DNA of 64,000 nt from Octopus sinensis. Taxonomy: Eukaryota. The notes under the pieces were generated by a model that saw only the letters and a list, made by a program, of their open reading frames with translations, was not told where the DNA came from and made no database searches. The stretch lies in assembly GCF_006345805.1 (NCBI RefSeq), contig NC_043005.1, positions 13,702,001-13,766,000 on the forward strand, read 5' to 3'. This document shows, in pieces, positions 1-12,771 of the stretch (position 1 is the stretch's first letter; each line of letters starts with the position of its first letter). A program made the position numbers and the translations under genes.

Positions 1-216
1 TGTGTGAATGTGTGCATGTATGTTTATATATTCACACATATACATATGTATATGTATGTGCGCGCGCGCGTGTGTGTGCATATATGGGCAACACTGAGCT
101 GATATGGTGTTTTTAATATATGAGAGAATGTTTTTTGTCAGCACCGGTGACTTCAGTGAATTTGCCTTTAGAAAGAAAAATATGTCACAAATATATTTTA
201 ACTAGCCTAAAGTTCA

Positions 217-281
<65 letters not shown>

Positions 282-774
282 GTGAGAGACGTATGTATGT
301 GTGTGACCGACTGTTACTTGATCTCATGTAAAATCAATATTGTTCATCCGATTTCGTTTACACTTAGCAAATACATCACTTATGTTTCACATAATTTCCC
401 CAAAATTAAACATATATATATAGAAACTGACACACACAAACATGCGCACACATATATACATACAATTCACCCCCATACATACTCTCATAGACACTTAAAT
501 ATTTTACCCAAACATCCCCATAAACACACCCAAACATTCACATACAAACATACAAACATTGACCCATACACTGAAAATACAATAAATTTCTTCAAATGCA
601 GCGGCTGATCCAGCCGGTCCTGGATGAATGGGTTTTGATATCTTGTGTCGCTAAAGTGTAGATAGTATGTATGTTTTTTTTTTTTTTTTGAAAGACCATG
701 TAGATATTTTTAAACGACTTCAAAGTGACTACCTTTATGAAATAGAATGTGGACCTCTTGAGCGCGGGGCACCC

Positions 775-918
775 TTCGGCGTGTGGCCCCACTTTGGCGT
801 GTGGCCTCCTTTGGCATGTGGCCCCCTTTGGCGCGTGGTCCCCTTGGGTGCGTGGCCCCCTTCGGCGTGAAGCCCGATTGAGAGCAATAGGGCCAATTGG
901 CTTAAGGCCGGCCCTGGT
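775..918. repeat. ~17-bp GC-rich minisatellite (ctttggcgtgtggcccc x~6) followed by a hAT-MITE-like terminus (ggccggccctg)
   Basis: Six degenerate tandem units at 775-878. The reverse complement of 903-918 is CAGGGCCGGCCTTAAG, a TIR-like end typical of hAT MITEs. The partner TIR was not found. Confidence 0.55.
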
Positions 919-1211
919 CGTATATTGACATTAGAGAATATTTTTGACTCTGATTAAATTGACTAGAAACATTGTACGCGATGAATATCCAATATCAAAC
1001 AATCTTAATCTCCATATTTAAACTGCATTAAACTTTGGCAAGCTTACCTTTACCTATTCTGATTTACTTGAAAGGTGATATTACGTTTCCTCTTTTCTAT
1101 TTGTTAATGCCTTTGTCTACCTACCAATGCGTTGTTTCACTTTTAACGATGCTTATTTACCTATCCATTATGATATTTTGACTGTTGTCCATTGTTTCGA
1201 ATTCGTTTTAG

Positions 1212-1611
1212 CAAGGGATACGCCGCCTGAGTAGGCAAGGTAGGCAATGCCTAACCTGAATAAAATAGATCAATAGAAACATTTTCCTTTCATGACAAAA
1301 TATGCACCTAATTCAATAAAATTATGAAGGTTACTCTGATTGCTCTGCATAAAATACAAAATATTTTTACTTCATTGTAGATTATGTAGGCATAATTCAC
1401 CCCCTCAGTATTAAAGCTACGCATAGGAAAGCTGTAGTACGCGTGCTGCGTATATTTCTAGAACAACGTTTTCTTTACGCACTATAAAGACACAAGTAAA
1501 TCTGCCTACAACTCTGTCGCACGCCTGTATTTCCCTTATTGTTTGTGTTTTTTTACTACATAAACATCACCAACTGCTTACTTTGAGTAATCACTGATGG
1601 CACGTGCCTGG
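1212..1611. mobile_element. ~400-bp insertion into the Helitron 5' region (possible hAT MITE)
   Basis: Absent from the homologous copy near 13385. Flanked by gttttag on both sides (7-8-bp TSD-like). Ends are degenerate CAGG-like. Confidence 0.45.
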
Positions 1612-1881
1612 TTTTAGTATTGCGGTTCTGGCCTGTTTTAAAAATCACATATGATTTGTCCCAAGGAACCAACCTTTAAATAAGAGTTTTGCTTCCACTA
1701 GTGAAAGCTATATGTATCTTTCAGAAAGCTCCATACCAATTTAACTTTCTGTAGCATTAGCTATTACTTTATGCGCAGGCTATGTGGGAAGACAGAATAA
1801 AGGGGCTTTTGTAAGCTTATAATAGATTCGATAATCACTTGGTACACTAAAACCCAATTTTCTTTTCCAGATAATACAAGC

Positions 1882-2730
1882 ATGCCACATAAAAAGACAG
1901 CACGCATTGACAGAAAGTCTTCTGTAGCAGCAGGGGAGCAGCGCTGGCAGGCAAAAGGAACTGAGAACCAGAAGTCCTGTAGACTGTTGAAAAGAGCTGC
2001 CGCTGCTAGAGCTGCAAGCACTCCAGACCAGCGTGAAACCTATCTTGTGCGTGCTGCTGACGCAACGGCCTCAGAAACCCCACAAAGAGTGCTATCCGTC
2101 GGGCAGGCAACGCTGAATCTACGCCTGCGGCGAGGATCGAAGAAGCCCCAGTAGAGAGTGCTATCCGTCGGGCACGCCATGATGCATCCACTTCTGCCGC
2201 GCGGTTGACACATGACGATAACCATCGGATGATGAGACTTCAGTCTAATGTTCACCGGAAGGCTCTTGTTCATGGCTATTGGAAGCCATCGAGTATTCGA
2301 TGGGCATCAAAGGCGCTCGACTATGATCCTGCTGAGGATTACGCCACTCATCGAGAGACTGTTACAGGGACATGTCTGTGATATGTCCATTTTGCAAATG
2401 GGTTGGAGAATCCAATGGCCTATGCTGCTCAAACGGAAAGGTTCGCTTGCCTGACCGGCAAAAAACTCCTCATCCTTTCCTCTCTTTACCCCTTGGTCAA
2501 CACCCTGATTCGAATCAATTTATACAGAAAATTCGCGCTTATAACTTTCCCTCTCAGATGACAAGTTTCGGTCACAACCCATTCATGAAGACTCCTATAT
2601 GCCAACGTTCAAAATTCAGGGCCAAGCCTATCATTGGAGAGGCTCTGCTCTATTCTTCCTGTCAACAACACTGAACACAGATTCCTCCAAATTTACTTCA
2701 TGTGAGATACCACTGAGCAAACGGCTCGCT
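1882..2730 (+). pseudogene. Helitron Rep N-terminal pseudogene
   Basis: ORF pieces 1882-2154 and 2372-2674 plus adjacent frames, with multiple frameshifts and stops. Confidence 0.85.
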
Positions 2731-2820
2731 GATCTCAGGTAGCACCTGGAACAAAGTGAAAAAATACCACCAACACGTGTGCGTCTGCTAATATATATAT
2801 ATATATAGATATATGCATTC

Positions 2821-3051
2821 TTTTACTCTTTTAATTCTTTCAGTCATTTGACTGCGGTCATGCTAGAGTACCACCTTAACGAGTATTTTAGTCGAAGAAA
2901 TCGACCCCGGGACATATTCTTTGTACGCTCAGTGCTTTTTCAATCGGACTCTTTTGCCGAAGCGCTAAGTTACGGGGGCGAAACACACCAGCATCGGAAT
3001 CAAGCGATGATGGAAGGACAAACACAGACACACATAAACATTATATATACA

Positions 3052-3100
<49 letters not shown>

Positions 3101-3245
3101 TTATTTATTTATATATGTATACGACGACCTTCTATCAGTTTCCGTCAACTATATCCACTCAAAACCTTTAGGTTGGCCCGAGGGTTTAGCAGAAAATACT
3201 TACACAAGGTTCCAAGTGGTTGAGAAGCACGCTTCTTACCATATA
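2821..3245 (-). mobile_element. SINE family A (tRNA head, internal CA/TA microsatellite, CR1-like 3' end), diverged copy
   Basis: Homologous to the full copies at 4313 and 53221. Confidence 0.85.
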
Positions 3246-3255
3246 GTCACGCTTG

Positions 3256-3289
<34 letters not shown>

Positions 3290-3290
<1 letters not shown>

Positions 3291-3467
3291 TGTCTCTCTG
3301 CAATATTATCGATAATGGCACGAAATTGCGCTCGACATATTGGCCGATAACTGATGTGGAATTGATGACACGTTTGTTCCCCGTTCGTGTATTCAGTGCA
3401 TTTAGTATATGTCTTTCCATCCGTTTGTTTATTACTATACGTGTTTGACTCCTGATATATATGTATA

Positions 3468-3554
<87 letters not shown>

Positions 3555-3732
3555 TATACATATATATCAGGAGTCAAACACGTATAGTAATAAACAAACG
3601 GATGGAAAGACATATACTAAATGCACTGAATACACGAACGGGGAACAAACGTGTCATCAATTCCACATCAGTTATCGGCCAATATGTCGAGCGCAATTTC
3701 GTGCCATTATCGATAATATTGCAGAGAGACAA
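3290..3732. repeat. Perfect palindrome, ~180-bp unique arms around a (TA)n centre
   Basis: 3290-3470 is the exact reverse complement of 3552-3732. The ORF track gives identical peptides on both strands. Confidence 0.95.
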
Positions 3733-4312
3733 CCAGCAAGAGAATTTACTGGGTATGCGACCAAAACATAACAAAACAAGACAGACAAACAAAGACAAAC
3801 GAGGGGTAAATAAACAAAATATGGCCTTACAGTCAGGCGAAGACAACAACAAAAAGAAAATAATAATACATATACAAAAAAAAAGCTATGGGCTAGCAGA
3901 CAGACAGGTGTGGATTAACTCAAAGGAGAATGAAAACTATCCTACAGGACTAAAACGAACCCAAGAGAAAAGTAGAACGAGGAGCCCAGAGAAGGGTCGA
4001 AGGCAACGCGAAAAAGAATGGCAGCGCCCTAAAACGTGACCGGAGAGAGGAAGAATCAAAGGAACTAGAGAACAAAAGGGAGGAAAAATGACGCAGAGAG
4101 AGAGCGAGAGACGCGTAAGAAAGAGAGACATGGAGGGTAAAAGAGAAAGTCCGAGAGGAAGAGAGAAAGAAAGGAAGATGAAAAAGAGGTAAAAAAAAGG
4201 AAAGGGACAGAGTTGAGTTGCACAAAAGATATTCCAAGAACATTTTTTTACGAATGGGTCAAAAATAAGGAGTGCATTGCGTTAAGCGAATAATATTTTC
4301 AGAACACGTATA

Positions 4313-4737
4313 GGCGCAGGAGTGGCTGTTTGGTAAGTAGCTTGCTAACCAACCACATGGTTCCGGGTTCAGTCCCACTGCGTGGCATCTTGGGCAAGTG
4401 TCTTCTGCTATAGCCCCGGGCCGACCAATGCCTTGTGAGTGGATTTGGTAGACGGAAACTGAAAGAAGCCTGTCGTATATATGTATATATATAAGTGTGT
4501 GTGAATATGTTTGTGTGTCTGTGTTTGTTCCCCTAGCATTGCTGGACAACCGATGCTGGTGTGTTTACGTCCCCGTCACTTAGCGGTTCGGCAAAAGAGA
4601 CCGATAGAATAAGTACTGGGCTTACAAAGAATAAGTCCCGGGGTCGATTTGCTCGACTAAAGGCGGTGCTCCAGCATGGCCGCAGTCAAATGACTGAAAC
4701 AAGTAAAAAGAGTAAAAAAAAAAAAAAAAAAAAAAAA
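4313..4737 (+). mobile_element. SINE family A, full length
   Basis: Head GGCGCAGGAGTGGCTG(T)TTGG (A box), GGTTCAGTCCC (B box), central GTGAGTGGATTTGGTAGACGGAAACTGAAAGAAGC domain (possibly Nin/Deu-like, unverified), (AAAAGAGT)n tail. Confidence 0.95.
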
Positions 4738-5170
4738 GAGTATGGTAATAAAGAAACGGATGGGAAAGCATTAAATGCACTGCATGCAGAGATGAACGAA
4801 GAACAAACACAGGTCATATATAATAATACGACCTACTTGGTCTGTTATAAAAAATGCTGAATCATAGAACAGCATTGTATTATAAAAAAAAACTGGTCTA
4901 TTATAAAAAAATGCTGTATCATAGAACAGAACATCGCGATTGTCTAACTTATGTTTAGAGGAAACCCTGAAGATAATCGAATCCAGAGAAAACGTAATTG
5001 ATAGACGCTCTGAAGATACATTATATATCATGGAAGCATAAAAGCAAGGCATCATTCCAAGAATTCGAAAAATACATTTTGAAAGAGGAAAACACTAAAC
5101 GCCTTTAAAATACAATGGGACAAGTGAAGAACACAAAAAATTAAGCAATATAACCATTATTTTCATATGC

Positions 5171-5174
<4 letters not shown>

Positions 5175-5250
<76 letters not shown>

Positions 5251-5500
5251 TGTGTACAGTGCTCAGGTGCACTACAACTCATCTAAAGTGTATATATAAC
5301 CAGGTGTAGTTTCGGCGGATCTCGGAAAGCATGAGGGCCTTAAAGGATGCAGTGTCATGGCAGTCAACAACTGACGCAGGCAGTTTATTCCATGCTTCAG
5401 CAACTCTGAGCGTGAAAAAATGTTTCCGAAAGTCATGGGAGCTGTGTTGTTTTCTGACTTTGTAGGCATGTCCACGTGTGTTAGCATTATACCATGATTT
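5175..5500 (-). mobile_element. CR1-group LINE 3' end with (ATT)n tail
   Basis: Minus frame NTRGHAYKVRKQHSSHDFRKHFFTLRVAEAWNKLPASVV..SFK, the typical CR1 ORF2 C-terminus, followed by a short UTR and (TAA)n at 5175-5250. Confidence 0.85.
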
Positions 5501-5816
5501 AGCATTATACCACCAAAAGTAATTAAAAGATCATTTAAAGAAAGTATCATTTGTTAGCTCAGACAAATGAACTCCAACAACCATATAGCTGTAGTTGCTG
5601 TACTTGCTGACACAGCTAATTAGTATTCATTGAAGAGGAACCTGTTGTGATGAAGACCCATCCTTACATCTGCATACTCAAATAGCAAAATAAGTCCGGC
5701 ATCACCACACACCCCTCCACCTCCTAATAACTACCATTTCTTCCTTTCTTTTCATCACCTTCCACCACTCCCCACCAAATACATACAGAAATGCCCACTC
5801 ACCCCAATCAATCTTC

Positions 5817-6222
5817 TCACTCTTTTACTCTTTTACTTGTTTCAGTCATTTGACTGCGGCCATGCTGGAGCACCGCCTTTAGTCGAGCAAATCGACCCCA
5901 GGACTTATTCTTTATAAGCCTAGTACTTATTCTATCGGTCTCTTTTTGCTGAACCGCTAAGTTACGGGACATAAACACACCAGCATCGGTGGTCAAGCAA
6001 TGCAAGGGGGACAAACACAGACACACAGACATACACACACTCACACATATATACATACATATGACGGGTTTCTTTCAGTTTCCGTCTACCAAATTCACTC
6101 ACAAGGCTTTGGTCGGCCGGAGGCTATAGTAGGAGACACTTGCTCAAGATGTCACGCAGTGGGACTGAACCCGGAACTATGTGGTTGGTAAGCAAGCTAC
6201 TTACCACACAGCCACTCCTGCA
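5817..6222 (-). mobile_element. SINE family A, full length
   Basis: Reverse complement of the family A consensus. Confidence 0.95.
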
Positions 6223-6470
6223 CAACTGATAAAAATTGGTAAACAATGAAATGCATGAACATGATCTACTCGATGTCCATAGATAGTACGGACTGCACTG
6301 TAATCACCCCAGGAATATGGACTATGATCTCAAGGAACATGTAATTTGTGGAAACGTGCGTAGCAATGCATTGAAATATTTATAAATTCCATCCAAGGAT
6401 TATTATAGTTATTATTATATTTATCCCATATTATATCGGCACAGCTCGGTGCACCTCGCGATGGAATTTT

Positions 6471-6700
6471 TTTTCTTTTGCCAAATAAACACAAGCACTA
6501 TATATTGGTACTGCGCTCGTTTACTACTGTTCTTATTTTATCTTATGTCCATTGTCCGGAAATCTTTCGTCACACATCTGTGACCTCTTCAGTGACATTT
6601 TTCGTCTACGTCTATCCTCTTGCTCCTAAGATGAAATAAGAACAGTAATAAACGAGCGAAGAGCGAATATAGAGTGCGTGTGCTATTTGGCAAAAGAAAA
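6471..6700. mobile_element. Foldback element (~72-bp imperfect inverted arms) with a hammerhead-like core; PLE-derived pLTR-like
   Basis: Arms 6471-6542 and 6630-6700. Minus strand 6592-6565 reads CTGAAGA-G-GTCACA(GATG)TGTGAC-GAAA. Confidence 0.65.
6553..6600 (-). ncRNA. Degenerate minimal type-I hammerhead ribozyme
   Basis: Intact CUGAAGA and GAAA boxes with a perfect 6-bp stem II. Stem III (AGATTT) and stem I are imperfect. Confidence 0.5.
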
Positions 6701-6802
6701 ATAAATGACCACCCCGAATATAACAATATCTGTTTCAGCACAAATTCATAAACACACTCACACACGTATATATATATGTATATATATATGTATATATATA
6801 TA

Positions 6803-6865
<63 letters not shown>

Positions 6866-7600
6866 TATATATATATATATATATATATAGATATGCGAAG
6901 ATATCATCAACTCTATTATTATCTAGCATAAGAATTTAAAAAGGATAATGACAGAATAAATAATGTAGGCGATTGCAGGCTCAAAAGAAGCATTAAATAG
7001 ATATATATCCTGTATAAGATTTTAGATGGGATGTGGCATAGCATGGCAGAACCATCTAAATAACTGCTCCGTTCAGAAGGTTGGAGAAGAAGAAATCACT
7101 TTGTGAAGAAAGAACACCGTTTATTGAACATCTCAGAACCAAGTTGTAGTTTTTATGCTTTTACTTGAAGTCTCAGGTATATACAAGAAGAATGAGTTAT
7201 ACAAAATATTTACAAGTGAAGACCATATTCATCTTCCATGGAATCCAAGTCATAGTGGTTTAATGTAATGTCTACTTTCCGTTGCTTGTCTCATGGTTGT
7301 GCATCTCTCCAAAGTGAGATTAAGAACTGAGGCAGTCAACGTCCTATTACTGTGAGCTGCGGTGAAAAAGAGGAAGAGACAAGTCCCAGAATTTTACACG
7401 CTGCTCCGCCTAGCGGCGACTTATTGAAGCAGCTATTGTCAGGGGGAGTAACTGCGCCCACAAGATACACCTGTGTGTATGTTTGCTTTTCACGCAAAAA
7501 CAGCTGCGCGAATTGCTTCCATACTTGGAATGCATGAATAATTTGATCTGGGATACCAAATAGGCTCTTCAGTTTATTTCTTTATTAAAAGTAAATAATT

Positions 7601-7812
7601 ATTTCTTTACTACCCACAAGGGGCTAAACACAGAGGGGACAAACAAGGACAGATATCGACTCCAGTGCGTAACTGGTACTTAATTTAATCGACCCTGAAA
7701 GGATGAAAGGCAAAGTCGACCTCGGCGGAATTTGAACTCAGAACATAACGGCAGACGAAATACGGCTACGCATTTCGCCCAGCGTGCTAACGTTTCTGCC
7801 AGCTCGCTGCCT
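7601..7812 (-). mobile_element. SINE family B (tRNA head plus Meta-like GCCTTTCATCCTTTCGGGGTCGATAAA core), long tail
   Basis: Homologous to the copies at 20117, 22460 and 45940. Confidence 0.9.
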
Positions 7813-7832
7813 TAATATTGCTTTATGTATTA

Positions 7833-8232
7833 CAAGCAGTATCGCCCGGCGTTGCTCGGGCTTGTAAGGGAAATAACTATATAAGCATTTTTAGAGCTGT
7901 AAAGTATAATAGCCATCTCAATATGGCTAACCACAAAGGGGGGTGTTACTGTAGCTTTTTACGTTCTGAGATTTAATAATACATTTTTAGAGAGTTACTT
8001 CCCTTATATGATAGCAAAACAAATGCATTAAAAATGGGAAAAAATTATGGTAATTTTTTTTTTTTAATCGTAGACTCATCGTAGACGCGCGCTAATACCC
8101 AGAAGGGCTCGATATGAATCACGACTATAAGATACCCGGTTTTGGTTAAACTGCACCGCAAAATGTGGGAGTAGTTAGGAATCTAAATCGTAGGAGACAG
8201 ACAGCACACAACCTCTCTTTTATATATAAAAA
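7833..8232 (-). mobile_element. Non-autonomous Helitron
   Basis: Reverse complement of the 38512-38811 copy. 3' hairpin CCCGAGCAACGCCGGG; CTAG mutated. Carries an extra ~95 bp. Confidence 0.85.
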
Positions 8233-8569
8233 TGATTCACTTCTTTAAAAAGGTTTCTCAATGTCAGCTTCCGGTATCGACGTAGCAACGGCAAAATTTT
8301 CCGTTTTCATTTGCGAAATCTCTCTCTATTTCAACGTTTGCATTTCAAGTTTTAATTCGCTATTTGTAAACAACTACGATATATCACTGAAAGAAATATT
8401 TTACTAAGTTCACAAATTTCGCTTGACTCTACTCACGTCGTTATTTTCCGTAAAAATTTTTTATTTATTTACTTTTTGTGCGCTGTGTTCAATTGTGTGT
8501 GTTTGTAGTCAGTCACAGACGCACATGTGTGTTTTTGTATATATGTTTGTATACATTAATGTATGTGTT

Positions 8570-8815
8570 TATGAGAGAGAGAGAGAGAAGGGGTGTGTTG
8601 TCATGTATACGTACATTCATAAATATATATAAATACATCTTTTTGTATGTATGAAAGAGAGAGGAGAGAGTGACGTCTAAGTGGCATTCACTCTCTCTCT
8701 CCTCTCTCTCTTTCACACACACACGCATACGCACACATACATAGAAAAAAGATGTATGCATATTTATGTATGTACGTATTCATGACAACACACTCCTTCA
8801 CTCGCTCTCTCTTTT
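8570..8815. repeat. Imperfect inverted repeat (~75-bp arms)
   Basis: gggtgtgttgtcatgtatacgtaca...atacatcttttt (8590-8643) mirrors aaaaaagatgtatg...tattcatgacaacacactcc (8745-8796). Confidence 0.6.
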
Positions 8816-8869
8816 TCACTCTCTCTCACACACACACACGTCCATTTCATCTGAAGTTTGACACTGTAT

Positions 8870-8904
<35 letters not shown>

Positions 8905-9064
8905 TGTGTCTGTGTGTGTGCGCGTGCGACGTACAACAATCGCCTTCTATTTCAATCACTCTTGTGAAAATATTCACGTAATTTCGCAGCTGAACTGAAG
9001 AAGAACAGGGTGTTTCTAGACTGATGTAATAATTATAATTCACATAAATGGTTGTGTGAAAGGG

Positions 9065-9110
9065 TGGAGGCGCAATGGCCCAGTGGTTAGGGCAGCGGAC
9101 TCGCGGTCGA
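9065..9110 (+). mobile_element. SINE family C head, truncated into (GATA)n
   Basis: GGAGGCGCAATGGCCCAGTGGTTAGGGCAGCGGACTCGCGGTCG then GATA repeats. Confidence 0.85.
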
Positions 9111-9179
9111 TAGATAGATAGATCTAGCTTGTTTTTTACTAGTATAGCATAACTTTATTTTTTTAAGTAGATAACTGCG

Positions 9180-10520
9180 AGCTCTTACACTACAGTTATC
9201 TCTTTCTTTATAACTGCACCTGATTTTGAACACAAGGAAACAAATAGTACTTGTACGTTGCTTAAATGAAATTTTAATTGACTTTATAGTTAATTTTAAA
9301 ATTTAATTTTTAAATTTTTTAATTTTTAATTTAATCTAATTTAGGTAACACAACTTAAATAAAATAAGTTACTAAGGCTTCATAATTCTATTACAAAATT
9401 AAATAAGTAATGCTGCTCCCTTGAAAGTAGTATAAGAAATTTCAATATAATAAGCAATTCCCCCACACCTTGTAAACTGACTTCTAAGTATTGACCTGTA
9501 GTATGTCAATGTATAGATAGTAACGGCAACAATTTAAGACAGTAACAGGAATAAATAAATAAATTTAAATGACCTCTTGCTAGTATTGCACTTATTTTCT
9601 CTTAATGTATTTCCATTTGATGATAGCCTTTGACCCCTCTGTCCCTGACCTTGTTATCCCTTTAGATTCTTGTATCTGCTTTCAGCTACGTCAGGTTGGC
9701 AATAAATAGCTGTTTACTGGTCAAAAATAATATTCTCCTTATAGTTCTTAGATTCCTGCAAATTCGAAGCAGCCAGGCTGTCTTACAAACTTTTCTGCGT
9801 AGTGGGTACCCTGCGACCCTTTCCTCTCAGTTGTCACAGTATACTCTATGGGACGTTTTTTCTTTTTTCTTTTTGAACACACTTTTTTCTTATATTTCTT
9901 TTTTATTTCTTCTTCCTTTTTTCTTTTTTCTTTTTTCTTTTTCTTTTTCTTTTTTCTTTTTTCTTTTTTCTTTTTTTTCCTTTTTCCTTGTTTCTTTTCT
10001 TCTCTTTCCTTTCTTTTCTTTTCTTTGCTCCACAAAAATTCCTTCAACCTTTAGAAGTCATAACATAGCAGTCTTGTGAAGAGAACAGTAATGTGGCAAA
10101 TACCTTATCATATAGCATGAAATTATACCCACCTCATTGTGGATTAACCATGGATAAATTCATCGTCTGTGAGTATGAAACACCTCCTCATATCTCTGGA
10201 AATTTACACCTACACTACGGATTAATTCATCTTCTCTGTGAAGCTAATAAGCTTTTTTAAAACCTGTGATAAGACTGTGCATCATCATTAAAGAACTTCG
10301 GAAGTCTGTTTACAACCTGAATCTGCTTTTAATGAAATTATCTCCAATACTTCATGAGTGTAGCCTCACCCACTAAGATGTTTGGAGAACTCATATGTGT
10401 TTTAGCTGATGAGTACGGGACACTTTTATCTGCTGCAATATTTGCAACTTTTAATAAAGCCTGTCTTTGTATGAAGCAATTGTACTAAAAACTAATCCAT
10501 TCTTGTTGTTTCTTTCTCGT
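9180..10520 (-). pseudogene. Highly decayed hAT (Charlie/Buster-like) transposase fossil, interrupted by a T-rich tract (9865-10025)
   Basis: Minus frame YNCFIQRQAL (~10490) resembles the hAT HCFIHR(E/Q)AL motif. Weak C-terminal similarity near 9190-9240. Many stops. Confidence 0.4.
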
Positions 10521-10634
10521 TTATAATCACCCCACATACTGTATGGTTAACACCATATAGTTTTCTGGTGCATCTAAGTTAAGTACCGCATTCAAGTAAA
10601 ATTCATTAGAATTGACTTGAATCTAATTGCTTTT

Positions 10635-10912
<278 letters not shown>

Positions 10913-11219
10913 TGAGCGAACACCACGCATCCTTTCCAAGTAAGTTTTATATGTGTGTGTGTGTATGTGTCCACTGTCATGTTTTTGTTCCCAACTTCGA
11001 CTCTCCATCAGTCCTAAATTTTATTTTAGAATTTACGGGAACAACTGACTTTGAAGACATATTTTCGCTGAATGCTCGAAATAAGGAGTAGATAGACTGC
11101 CGACAACTGACGAAGGGTCATTTTTCTTCGTTTACTTGTCCTGTTTTCCATTTTTCTCGTAGTTTACGTATTTCATGTTATTTACACTGTTAGTGACATC
11201 CTGTATACATATATGCACT

Positions 11220-11251
<32 letters not shown>

Positions 11252-11377
11252 CTATATTTTAAAATGTGTGTGCGTGTATGTGTATTATTTATTATTTAAT
11301 TGAACGCGTCGCATCCATTTCCAAGTAAGTATATATATATATTCATTATTCACATACATATAATATACACATATATG

Positions 11378-11410
<33 letters not shown>

Positions 11411-11412
11411 AT

Positions 11413-11469
<57 letters not shown>

Positions 11470-11499
11470 TATAGAATAGATATAGATATAGGTATAGAT

Positions 11500-11810
11500 A
11501 TAGATAGATAGATAGTTTCTTTATTGGCCACACAGGGCTGCACACAGATGGGACAAGTTCCAAGGTAGAACTTTTCTTTTAGGGGATGAAAAAAACAAAA
11601 AATAAAAGAAAAAAAGGGGTGGTGTAGGTTTTCGATCAAGAGGGATCGTAAAAGGGAAGAAAAGAACAAAAAAAATAAAATAAAACATAAAAAAAATAAA
11701 AATAAAAATAAAAAAAAGAAGAAAAGGAAAAGGAACAAAAGAAAAGAGAAATGAAAAAAGAAAAAAGGGGAAACAAAGGGGAAGAGGAAAAAAACGATCA
11801 ATAGGGATTC
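11500..11810 (-). mobile_element. Tx1/L1-like LINE 3' UTR fragment ending AATAAAGAAAC-(TATC)n
   Basis: Homologous to 56220-56450 (tttctttatt.gccacacagggctgcacacagat...gatcaatagggat). Confidence 0.65.
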
Positions 11811-11814
11811 ATAC

Positions 11815-11828
11815 ATATATATATACAT

Positions 11829-11861
<33 letters not shown>

Positions 11862-12215
11862 AGACAGGCGTTTTTCAGTTTCTGTCCACCAAATTCACTC
11901 ACAAGGCGTTGGTCGGCCCGAGGCTATAGTAGAAGACACTTGCATAAGGTGCCACGCAGTGTGATTGAACCTGGAACCATGTGGTTGGTAAGCAAGCTTC
12001 TTGCCACAAGCCATGCCTGCACCATAAGAACCATTAAAAGAAATTCTTTTTCGTGTGACTGTGTGATAAGAATCTTGCTTCCTAATCACATGGTTCAAGG
12101 TTCAGTTCTACAGTTTGACACCTTGAGCAAATGTCTTCTGTTATAGCCTGAGGTCAACCAAAGCCCTGAGGTTGGATTTGGTAGACGGAAATTGAAAGAA
12201 GCCCGTGGTATATAT
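11815..12215. mobile_element. Two SINE A head-halves in opposite orientation (11815-12025 minus; ~12040-12215 plus)
   Basis: Family A head and central domain recognisable on each strand. Confidence 0.8.
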
Positions 12216-12220
12216 ATGTA

Positions 12221-12559
12221 AAAGACCCCCTTCGGTCATGAATGATCCATGGGAATGCACCTAGAAAGTTACCCTCCTAGACACAAGTCCGGGCAAGGTT
12301 GTTTTATGGAAGGGCAGCAGTCGCCCATGCATACCAGCCTCCCTTCTTCACGCCACCAGTGTTATCCAAGGGAAAGACAAAGGTCGATACAGCTTGGCGC
12401 CAGTGACGTCGCAACTCATTTCTACAGCTGAGTGAACTGGAGCAACGTGAAATAAAGTGCTTTGCTCAAGAACACAACACGCAGCCCGGTCCGGGATTCG
12501 AGCTCACAACCTCACGATCGTAAGCTCGACGCTCTAACCACTGAGCCATGCGCCTTCAC
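12221..12559 (-). mobile_element. SINE family D (tRNA head plus CORE-like domain)
   Basis: Minus strand: TGGCTCAGTGG (A box), GAGCTCGAATCCC (B-box-like), then GTTGTGTTCTTGAGCAAAGCACTTTA...TTGCTCCAG resembling the CORE domain. Confidence 0.8.
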
Positions 12560-12771
12560 GCATATATATGTATATATATATATATATATACATACATACA
12601 TACATACCAATGTATGTGTGTGTGTTTGTGTGGGTGTGCTTACGTCCCCGTAACCTTGCGGTTCGGTAAACTGAAACCGATAGAATAAGTATCAGACATA
12701 CTTGTTTTTTTTAAATAAGTACTAGAGTCGATTTATTCGACCACACACACACACACACATATATATATATA

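Larger units (their letters stand above)
945..2730 (+). mobile_element. Helitron remnant: 5' non-coding region plus decayed N-terminal part of Rep/helicase ORF
   Basis: Frameshifted motifs ALDYDPAEDY (~2315), CPFCKWVGESNGLCCSNGKVRLP, FIQKIRAYN..QMTSFG, MPTFKIQGQAYH and LQIYFM* (~2690) match the N-terminal Helitron Rep region. 945-1197 and 1610-1815 are collinear with the reverse complement of the non-autonomous Helitron at 13180-13635. Confidence 0.85.

Noticed and set aside
4313-4390. tRNA genes at SINE heads (families A-D)
   Set aside because: A and B boxes are present, but there is no acceptor-stem closure and each head runs into a SINE body.
7250-7560. GC-richer segment with peptide LRPQDTPVCMFAFHAKTAARIASILG
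   Set aside because: Frame broken by stops, no confident family assignment, no splice signals.
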